In this document: piece after piece, positions 55,556 to 63,576 of the stretch
Position numbering within the stretch: position 1 is the stretch's first letter
Layout: every line of letters starts with the position of its first letter
Virus record (IMG/VR): IMGVR_UViG_3300005529_000035
Span: 1-63,576 of that record
Strand: one strand, 5' to 3'
DNA length: 63,576 nucleotides
Origin: a virus
Lineage: Duplodnaviria > Caudoviricetes
Translations under genes and position numbers: made by a program
Notes under the pieces: model-generated
The model's database searches: none
What the model saw: the letters and a program-made list of their open reading frames with translations, nothing else
What the model was told of the DNA's origin: nothing

Positions 55556-57526
55556 ATGGACGCAGCCCACCCCGCGGTGATCACGCGGCAGCAGTACATC
55601 TTCGGCGACGCAAGCCTCACCGCCGAGTGCCAGCTTGTAGGGACCGAAACCGGCTGGCACGTCTGGTTCTCAGACGCGGGCGTCATTCACGCCACAACGC
55701 GCAAATGCCCTGGCGGTGGCAGCGGCACGACGCTGACCGCCGGGACGCCTGAGCAGATGCGCCGTGTCGTCGCCGAGACCGAGCACGAGTGGAAGTGCGC
55801 GGAGAAGCTGCAGCAGGCCCTGGCCGCTGCGTGGACCCGCTATGAGCTTGAGGTCAGCACCGGCCCGAAGGCGGCAGCGTGACTACCACTGCCCTCGCCC
55901 CGGCCGTCCTCACCGACGCCCAGCGCGCCACCCTTGCCGAGGTCTTCGAGGACGCGACCTATTACCGGCTGCCTGACGGTGACTGCACCGCATGCAGCGC
56001 CTCGCTCGAGCCTCCTTGCGCCGAGCACGAGGCAGACATGACGCGGGCCGTCCGGTACCGCATCCTCGCTGCCGACCTCGGCCTTGACCGCCCGGGAGGT
56101 GCGTCATGACCGCCGAGACCACCACCAGCCCCAACGTCCGCATCCTGCCGAAGGAGCCCGACCCAGTGACCGAGTCCCCGTGGCCGATCGTCTCCGCCGA
56201 GGCCCGCGCCGCCTGGAATGCGCTGCAGCGGGAACTGGCCACCGGCTACGTGGACGACTCAGCGCTCCTGGGCCGCTGGTATGTCGACGCCTGGCAGCGC
56301 ACGTTCCAGTGCCCGGTCCCGGAGTGGGTCACGCGCACGGTGCCCGTGATCGCGCCGCCGGAACCTGACAGCGCTGAGCCCGCTCCCGTCGCTGCCGCTC
56401 CTGAGCCTGAGCCAGAGCCGCAGCCAGACGGCCCTGAGCCCGCGCCAGACGCCACGCAGGTGATCGACGTCGGCGAGGCGGAGGCCACGGTCGTGCCCCC
56501 GGTGCAGGACGGAGACGAGACCAATGGCTGAGGTCAGCGTGACGCTGCAGCGCATACCCGAGCTCAACGCGGCGCTGCTGCGCAAAACGCTTGAGCACAT
56601 TGAGGCGCACCCCGAGACGTGGAAGCAGGACTACTGGCGTTGCGAGAGCGGGCTGTGCTTCGCCGGAACGGCTTGCGACCTGGACGGCGGCGAGTGGGCG
56701 CTACCGGGCCAGGGCACGAACCCCGGATGGGCTGAACTGCTCGTCGCACGCGAAGGCGAGCCTGGCGACGAGACCTGGTGCGTTACCCCCAACCGGGTTC
56801 ACGCGCGGACCCGTGCCCAGCAGATCCTCGGGATCACCGAGGCTGAGGCTGAGACGCTGTTCGCCCCGGAAAACACCCTGGACGACCTGCGCGAGCACGT
56901 CGCTTTCCTCCTGCGGGAGGACGGTGAGCAGGCATGAGCATCCACGACGTCATCGCCCTCATCGGCGAGATCCTGGCAGCCATCGGGGGCATCGCATTCA
57001 TCCTCGCCCTCACCGTCGCGCTGGCGTTCCTGCGGCGCGGCTACCGGCTGTCGGTCACTCCGCCTGCTGCGGCCAGGCCAGTTGCCCCGCTCACGCTTAA
57101 CGGCGAGGTGCTGTCGTCGGCTCAGGTGCCGCAGGCCAGGAGGGGCATGTGATGACCGCCACCGTCACGCAGCTGGCAACGCGCCGCCGCAGGAGCACTC
57201 CGTGGCGCCCGGCGTCGCAGCGCAAAATCCTGCTCGCGTGGATGGCCGCCGAGGCAGCCGAGGGCCGGCCAGTTCCCGCATCGATCCGGGAAGACCTGCT
57301 GACCCTCTACGCGGACCCGTCCAAGCCTCCGGAGCAGACCAGGGAGAACTGGCGCGAGTACCTGGAGTGCGTCAAGCAGCAGGACGAGATCGCCCACGGC
57401 TCACTGACCGCATGGCAAGACCTGGACGACGAGATGGCACCTGACGGGCGCCACATGTCCGTGGAGGACATCGCCGCCATGAACGCAGCAACCGCCCTGG
57501 CCGACCTGGCCGGGCGCGATCACTAA
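55556..57526 (+). CDS. Run of six small coupled early genes (55556-55882, 55879-56109, 56106-56531, 56524-56937, 56934-57152, 57149-57526), functions unknown
   Basis: Overlapping start/stop codons with RBS; typical actinophage early hypothetical genes. Confidence 0.6.
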
Positions 57527-57540
57527 CAGGGGAACTGAAG

Positions 57541-58554
57541 ATGACTGCAAGCACCGAAGTGGAGGTGCGGGCGCCGCAGGGGAGCGGCATGCTCGCCAAG
57601 ATCCGGTACGCGCAGACGCTGGCCGACTCGGGCCTGCTGCCCACCGCATACCGCAGGCAGCCCGCCAACGTCCTGTACGCCGTCGAGTACGGCGAGATGC
57701 TCGGCCTGGCACCGATGGCCGCCATCACCGGCATCCACATCATCGAGGGCAAGCCGAGCGCGAGCGCCGGGCTGATCTCGGGCCTGGTGCGCCGGGCCGG
57801 CCACAAGCTCCGCGTCCAGGGCGACGCCCAGCGCGCGACCTGCCAGATCGTCCGCTCCGACGACCCGGACTACACGTTCGAGGTCACGTTCACGATGGAC
57901 GACGCGAAGGCGGCCGGCCTGACCGGCAAGAGCGTCTGGAAGAACTACCCGGCCTCGATGCTGAAGGCGCGGGCCATCACTCAGTGCGCCCGCGACGCCT
58001 GCGAGGAAGCGCTGTACGGCCTGCACTACACGCCCGAGGAGCTGGGCGCGGAAGTAGACGCGGAGGGCGAGATCGTGGGCGAGGCGCAGCCTCAGGCCCC
58101 GGCAAGCCCCGACGACCCGTGGTATGTCCGGCCAGCGACAAGCGGCGGCACCGAGTGGGTTGAGCAGGCGCTCGCGCGGGCGCATGCCAAGGACCTCACC
58201 AAGGATGAGGCGGAGAAGTTCTGGAAGGCCGGGCTGACGAAGCAGCAGGCCCGGGAGATCTCAACGCAGGACGCCACGCGCATCGCCGAGGCGCTCAAGT
58301 GCCGGTTCGCGGAGTTCAAGGCTGCTGAGGCTGACGCCGAAGTGGTTGATGCCGAGGTCGTTGAGGGCCTGGACCCGGAGGACCCGTGGGCACCCAAGAT
58401 CGAGACCATCACCGACTGTGAGGATGCTGACGCCGCCAGGGCTGACGTGGAGACCGGTGTCAAGGCCGGGCACATCAGCGAGGAGCGGCGTGACGCCATC
58501 CTGTCGGCAATCGACGCCCGCGTGGCCTCGCTGAGCGAGCAGGCGGCAGCGTGA
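57541..58554 (+). CDS. RecT/Bet-like single-strand annealing protein
   Basis: LA.SGLLP.AYR.QPANVL, GLAPM, I.IIEGKP, WKNYP..ML.ARA..., YTPEEL. Confidence 0.8.
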   Translation: MTASTEVEVRAPQGSGMLAKIRYAQTLADSGLLPTAYRRQPANVLYAVEYGEMLGLAPMAAITGIHIIEGKPSASAGLISGLVRRAGHKLRVQGDAQRATCQIVRSDDPDYTFEVTFTMDDAKAAGLTGKSVWKNYPASMLKARAITQCARDACEEALYGLHYTPEELGAEVDAEGEIVGEAQPQAPASPDDPWYVRPATSGGTEWVEQALARAHAKDLTKDEAEKFWKAGLTKQQAREISTQDATRIAEALKCRFAEFKAAEADAEVVDAEVVEGLDPEDPWAPKIETITDCEDADAARADVETGVKAGHISEERRDAILSAIDARVASLSEQAAA

Positions 58555-59097
58555 TGCCCGCGTCCGCCTTCCGCTCCGCCTGGGCCGACCCGGAGCACGT
58601 CCGACTGTCGATGTTCCGCTCCTGGTGGGACGTAGCCATCGGCCACGTGGCCAGAGGCCCGCTGCCGCCCGCTGAGAACCCGTGGGACGCGGACCCTCAG
58701 ACGGCCCCCGGTGCGCCAGGGGGCCAGCAGTGAGCGGCCCGCGTGGCTATGCGCGGCAGGACGACTACGCCTGGGCGCGATGCGAGTGCGGGCACATTTG
58801 CTACGCCGATGAGACGCCCGGTGGCAGGTGCCGGTTCTGCTCATGTGGCAACCACCGCCCGGCCCAGGGCGGTGCGTCATGAGCGGCCCCGGCGCCGTCT
58901 CCCGTCAGATCGGCGAACTGGCCACCGCAGTGCTCCAGTACGCCATCGCGGAGCGCCGCCCCGGGCCGACCAGTACCGCGGCCTTCAACGCAGCCCAGGG
59001 TGACGTGATCCGCGAGGCCCGGAAACTGACAGCGCTGGTCGACGGCCTGGAACCCGGTGCGATGCCCCCGGCGTGGCGTGACAGGCAGGCGTCATGA
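58551..59097 (+). CDS. Three small coupled hypothetical genes (58551-58733, 58730-58882 with Zn ribbon, 58879-59097)
   Basis: GTGA/ATGA overlaps; CECGH...CRFCSC. Confidence 0.5.
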
Positions 59098-59615
59098 GCC
59101 TCACCAGGCGCACTCCGTTGCGCGCCCGTGCGCGCATTGAGCGCAAGACGCCGCTCACCCGGCCTGCATGGATCCGCAAGCCACCAGGGGCCCACCGCAA
59201 GCCCAGGGCCGTCAGGGACACCGGGTTCTCCCAGGCCGTCAAGCTGGCCGTGCGGACCCGCGCCGGAGGAGGAGATCCCGACGCCGCCCGCTGCGAGGCG
59301 ACCGGCGTCTGGCTCGGCCGACACGGCGGGGAGGTCCAGCACCGCGTGGCCCGGCTCAGCGGAGGACGCGGGTCCAAGGCGCCCTGGTGGTTCCACACGC
59401 CCGCGAACGCCGCCCTGCTGTCCCGTGAAGCCCACCGGGCCGCTGAGGCCCGGGAGCGGGAGATGGGACCGGACGGCAAGGGGTTCTGGCTGCGGAGCAC
59501 GCAGGACGCCACGGCCGAGCCGGTCATGCTCCACGGACCGGACGGCGGCGCGACCGTCTACTTGGGCGCGGATGGTGGGTACTGGCTCATCCCGCCGGAG
59601 CGGGGTGCGGCATGA
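59094..59615 (+). CDS. HNH-like nuclease (actinophage type)
   Basis: RRTPLR, RCE, QHR..R.SGG, N...L...H..AE, PV...G..V.L..DG. Confidence 0.65.
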   Translation: MSLTRRTPLRARARIERKTPLTRPAWIRKPPGAHRKPRAVRDTGFSQAVKLAVRTRAGGGDPDAARCEATGVWLGRHGGEVQHRVARLSGGRGSKAPWWFHTPANAALLSREAHRAAEAREREMGPDGKGFWLRSTQDATAEPVMLHGPDGGATVYLGADGGYWLIPPERGAA

Positions 59616-60690
59616 AAGACGCCATGACCCTGGTCGTCGTCGTCGCCGGGCTCAGCGTGATCATCGCTGCCGCGCTCATCGCCCAGCGTCTCGAGGACCG
59701 GCGCATAGCCGCAGCAGAGGCAGAAGAGGCGCGCTCGTTCGACGCCGCATGCGAGGAACTGCACCAGGACGAGATGCGCAAAGCCCAGCAGCGTCACCCC
59801 GTCAGGCGCATGCCAGCGCGCCGCAGGGCTGTCCCGTGCGAGCCGCGCGGTGAGCCCCTGACCGCAGCCGAGGCCGAGGCCCTGGCCGCGCTGTGGTGGT
59901 CGGTCCGCAACGAGACCGCACGCAGGCCAGCCAAGGACGGCAGCGATGGCTAGGAGCGGTACCAGACGCGCTGTCACCGGCCCGGCCCGTGACCTGCTCG
60001 CCGACGCAGAGCACCGCCTGGCCACGATCGCCGACCCGCTCCTGGCCATCAGGTCCCTCACACCCGAAGGCGCGTCGGTGCAGGCCCAGCTCGCCCTCGA
60101 CGACGTCCGCGAGGCCCTGGCGATCCGCAGGGGATCTAAGACGCCCCACGCCGAGGCGATGGCCCGCTACCGGGGCCGCAAGCGGCTGAAGGACGGCGAG
60201 GAACTGTGGCCGTCTGAGTGGGAGGCGCTGGAGCGCGCAGGGGAACTGGAGGGCACAGGGTGAGCACCGAACGGTGGGATTTCTCCTGGCAGCACATCGA
60301 GCGGGCGGCCTGCTCCCGCTGCGGCCAGCCTCCCGGTGAGCGCTGCCGCACCCCGGCGGGCAAGCTCTGCCCGCCTCACCGGGTGCGCAAGGACGACGCT
60401 GCGGCGCTGGGCTATTACGTCCCCGGCCGGGGCTCGCTGGTGCCACCGGAGCGTGACGGATGAGCCAGCAGCCACGCAGGCGGCGCGTCACCATGCTCCG
60501 CGATGACCTGCCCCACCAGATCCGCCTGACCTTCGTCAACGGCAGCGGCAGCATCAGCGTCTCCTGCTGCTGCCGCAAGAACCCTGGCGGGTCATTCGCC
60601 TCCCTGGAGACCCGCACCAGATGGGAAGCGCCGGAAGCCATGACCGTCTGGCGCGCTCACGTTGACAGAGCGGAGGCCAGAGGTGCCTAG
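59612..60690 (+). CDS. Four small coupled early genes (59612-59953, 59946-60263, 60260-60463 Zn finger, 60460-60690)
   Basis: Coupled ORFs; CSRCGQPPGERC...H.R zinc finger. Confidence 0.55.
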
Positions 60691-61378
60691 CCGCCGTTTC
60701 ATCTCCACCCGCACTGCCGCGAGCGCCAACGGTGCCCCGGAAAGTCCTGGCTACGTCTACCGCGGCAAGGACCGGGAGCCAGCAGACCCGGTGGCGGCCT
60801 CGGACCGGTCCCGCCGTGACGCGGCCAAGCGCGCTGCCGGGCTGGTGCTGCGTGCCGCCCGTGAAGCTGCGGGGCTGAGCCAGCCTCAGGCGGCTCAGGC
60901 AGCCGGGTGCAGCGCGGGCTACATCTCGGCCGTCGAGAACGGCCACGACTGGCCCAGCAAGCGTCTCATCGCCGCTCTCGCTGCCGCTTACGGCGTGAGC
61001 CCCCAAGACCTGGCCGCTGCTGCCGAGTCCGCCCCCGTGGCTCTCAGCACGCCAGATGAGGCACGACCTGTCCCCCGGGCAGGACGTGCCACCCGCCCCG
61101 TCGCAGCGGTCCCGGACCCTTCCGCTGCGACGGGGCCCATGACTCCGGGGACCGCCGTGGAGGCTGCGGGGAACAGTCCTCCGCGAGCGGTCCCTGGTAC
61201 CAGCGCCGGGGCCGGTGACGGCGAGGGGGCGTCACCGGCCCTGCGGGGCGAGGCGTGGCGCAAGGCCGCGCAAGCCGAGTTGTCGTCTCAGCACGCCGCT
61301 CAGAGGCGGGGAAGGGTACGCAGGGCACCGAAGCCCATCACGGGGATCGTGAAGCCGCCACCGGACGGTGCGCGATGA
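60683..61378 (+). CDS. XRE-family HTH protein
   Basis: LRAAREAAGLSQPQAAQAAGCSAGYISAVENG. Confidence 0.8.
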   Translation: MPSRRFISTRTAASANGAPESPGYVYRGKDREPADPVAASDRSRRDAAKRAAGLVLRAAREAAGLSQPQAAQAAGCSAGYISAVENGHDWPSKRLIAALAAAYGVSPQDLAAAAESAPVALSTPDEARPVPRAGRATRPVAAVPDPSAATGPMTPGTAVEAAGNSPPRAVPGTSAGAGDGEGASPALRGEAWRKAAQAELSSQHAAQRRGRVRRAPKPITGIVKPPPDGAR

Positions 61379-61749
61379 GTGAACGCACGCGGAAGGTGGT
61401 GATGCCCCATGAGCCCGTGGCCGGAAGCAGAGACCTCGATCGCGAGAGGGCCCATATAGCTCCGGTCCCGGAGGTGCATGGCACTCCGGGACCGGAACTT
61501 GGGCGCACGGACCTCTCCTGGTACCGCTTCGCAGCCTGCCGTGGCATGGACGCCGACCCGTTCTTCCCTCTCGACCGTGGCCTTACCCCCGAAGCCGCTG
61601 CTGCCTGCGGTGTCTGTGCAGTCACGCAGGAGTGCCTGGAGACCGGAGCCACGATGACCGGCACGTGGGGTGGCGTCGGGGAGAGTGCACGGCGTAACGC
61701 CAGGAAGAACGCGGCGAGGGGACGGCGAGCGGGGGCGGGAACGCGGTGA
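61375..61749 (+). CDS. whiB: WhiB family regulator (second, divergent copy)
   Basis: AACRGMDADPFFP...ACGVCAVTQECL...GTWGG. Confidence 0.8.
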   Translation: MSERTRKVVMPHEPVAGSRDLDRERAHIAPVPEVHGTPGPELGRTDLSWYRFAACRGMDADPFFPLDRGLTPEAAAACGVCAVTQECLETGATMTGTWGGVGESARRNARKNAARGRRAGAGTR

Positions 61750-61752
61750 TAC

Positions 61753-61992
61753 TCAGGCGTCCAGCGACTCGCCCTCGTGGTCCTTGGCCCACTTGCGGTA
61801 GGCGGCCTCGTAGTCGCGGACCTGCTGCGGGCCTATCCTCATCTTCGCGGCGATCGTCGCCTGAGACTCGCCGCCCTGCTCGCGGGCCCGGATCATCGAC
61901 AGGCCGAGCAGTGCCCGCTGCCGGTCAACCATGGCCTTCGCCTGGGCGCGGACATCGTCAAACGCCTTACGCGCTTCGAGTACTTCTGTCAT
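61753..61992 (-). CDS. Small HTH protein, antisense insert in the early operon
   Basis: RAREQGGESQATIAAKMRIGPQQVRDYE. Confidence 0.6.
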   Translation of the reverse strand: MTEVLEARKAFDDVRAQAKAMVDRQRALLGLSMIRAREQGGESQATIAAKMRIGPQQVRDYEAAYRKWAKDHEGESLDA

Positions 61993-62183
61993 GGCGTCGC
62001 CCACACCTCCACTATGCCACGTCACCTGTAGTACACGACAGCACCCGTGGCCACCGCCAGCGACTCGCCGGACTGTGGGGCCGGGCACTGGACAAGCATA
62101 ACCCATAACCTGCTAGGGTCATAACCTCAGCGGGTATATAGTTGCAGGGCAAGCGTTGATCACGGGAAGGGGGCTCGCCACTA

Positions 62184-63125
62184 GTGGCACGGATGCGCAC
62201 ACTCAAGCCCGAGGCGTTCACGTCAGAGACGCTCGCGGCCGTATCCGTGCATGCACGGTGGACCTTCGGGGGCCTCTGGTGTTACTGCGATGACGAGGGC
62301 CGCGGCCGGGCCAATGCCGGGCTCGTCAAGGCCGCCGTCTGGCCGCTCGACGAGGACATCACCGTCAAGCACGTCGAGCAGTTCCTGGACGAACTCGAGG
62401 CAGCGCGGCTGCTCTGCCGCTACGAGGTGGACGGCAAGGGCTATCTGCACGTCGTGAACTTCGGCGAGCACCAGCACCCGAACCGGCCCGTTGAAAGCAA
62501 GCTGCCGGCCTGCACACGGAGGACTCACGGAGGACTCAGTGAGCATGCAGTGAGTCCGCATACGGGGGGGCCTGAGAGCGGCGGTGATGCCGTCGCCGAG
62601 CGGCCGGAGCCCAGGTCAGACAGGAAAGCGGCCCAAACGACCCCCGTGACCGGCAAACATGCAGGTCAGATGCCACTCACTGAGGACTCACTGAGTGCTC
62701 ACGGAGCCCGCAAAGCAAAGTCGTCCAGTACCCCTCCTACTCCTGTAGGTACTACAGGAGTAGGAGATGGAGATGGAGAAGTAGATGGAGTCCAGCAGGC
62801 TACGCCTGCTGCCGCGAACGGATCGCGGCCCGACGCCCAGCTGACCATCACCCAGCGTTCCAAGCGCATCACCGACGCCTACGCCAAGGCTGAGCCGCTC
62901 TGCAAATGGCCAGCCGTCAACGGCGTGGTGATCCGGGCGCTAAAGACCGAGCGCTACTCAGACGACGAGATCCAGGCCGCGCTGCTGCGCATGGCCGGGG
63001 AGAACCGCTCGGTCACGGTCGACTCACTCCGTACCGAGCTCGGGGGGATGCCGCCACGCAACGGCGGCACCCCCGGCAAGAAAACCAACTACACCGATGA
63101 GGAGTATGCCAGTGGCTGGGGATGA
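62184..63125 (+). CDS. Phage replication initiator
   Basis: MARMRTLKPEAF.SE...GLWCYCDDEGR...YL..VNF.EHQ N-terminal motif; internal iterons. Confidence 0.85.
   Translation: MARMRTLKPEAFTSETLAAVSVHARWTFGGLWCYCDDEGRGRANAGLVKAAVWPLDEDITVKHVEQFLDELEAARLLCRYEVDGKGYLHVVNFGEHQHPNRPVESKLPACTRRTHGGLSEHAVSPHTGGPESGGDAVAERPEPRSDRKAAQTTPVTGKHAGQMPLTEDSLSAHGARKAKSSSTPPTPVGTTGVGDGDGEVDGVQQATPAAANGSRPDAQLTITQRSKRITDAYAKAEPLCKWPAVNGVVIRALKTERYSDDEIQAALLRMAGENRSVTVDSLRTELGGMPPRNGGTPGKKTNYTDEEYASGWG
62515..62766. repeat. Putative replication origin: 11-bp iterons and a perfect hairpin
   Basis: CACGGAGGACT/CACTGAG repeats at 62515-62556 and 62676-62706; 15-bp perfect stem 62734-62766. Confidence 0.7.
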
Positions 63126-63576
63126 TCTCCACGACAACCTGCTAGCCGAGATCCCGGACGCCAGGGCGGTTGAGTGCGACGGGCACGGCTGGCTGAGCAT
63201 CACCTGGGCAGACCGCACCACGGCCGCCAAGTGCCCACGGTGCGCAACCCGCGTACTGCGTCTCGCCATCGGCGAGTTCATCCCGAAGCGCTTCCGCGAA
63301 CCAGTGGAAGTAGACGAGCAGATCACCGAGTGGGCCATGCGCGGCCCCAAGGCCGAGGGCCTGTACCTCGCCGGCCAGGTCGGCACCGGCAAGACGCACG
63401 CTGCGTGGATGGCAGTTGCCGCATGGTGCCTCGCGGCGAACGTGGCCCCGCGCGGCGAGGACTTCAGGCACAGCCCGTACTCCGACCAGCGGACCCGGGT
63501 CAAGCCGACCGTGATCTTCGCCCGGATGACGGACCTGCTCGACAACTTCCGGCCCGGCCCCGACGACTCGGTACAG
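63112..63576 (+). CDS. DnaC/IstB-like helicase loader ATPase (truncated by window)
   Basis: Manual translation: CPRC, IPKRF, GLYLAGQVGTGKTH Walker A, DLLDNFRP; GAGGAG RBS. Confidence 0.85.
   Translation, partial: MAGDDLHDNLLAEIPDARAVECDGHGWLSITWADRTTAAKCPRCATRVLRLAIGEFIPKRFREPVEVDEQITEWAMRGPKAEGLYLAGQVGTGKTHAAWMAVAAWCLAANVAPRGEDFRHSPYSDQRTRVKPTVIFARMTDLLDNFRPGPDDSVQ

Overview
High-GC temperate siphophage of a filamentous actinomycete, cut at both window ends. From left to right: the N-terminus of a serine recombinase (not in the ORF track) next to an apparently intact attP-like inverted repeat, then a secreted ricin-lectin-like moron. A minus-strand late operon follows (1.4-36.4 kb), covering lysis, three tail fibre/RBP genes, tail hub, Dit, tape measure with a lytic transglycosylase domain, frameshifted tail chaperones, major tail, head-tail joining, major capsid, decoration, Mu-like protease, gpF, portal, terminase and putative late regulators. 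Next come an AICE/plasmid-type conjugation module (36.5-44.1 kb), a DUF6879/XRE-DUF5753 regulatory cassette, a mosaic accessory region, a CI/Cro switch at about 54 kb, and a plus-strand early operon (RecT-like, HNH, WhiB, replication initiator with iterons, DnaC-like loader). The most striking feature is the conjugation module: an FtsK-family TraB translocase, a clt-like octamer array directly downstream of it, Spd-like membrane genes and a DUF2637 gene with an internal 12-bp-periodic repeat. The module has no integrase or Rep of its own and sits inside an apparently intact phage, which suggests an element able to spread both as a virion and by mycelial conjugation. All family calls come from motif recognition by eye; no database search was run.
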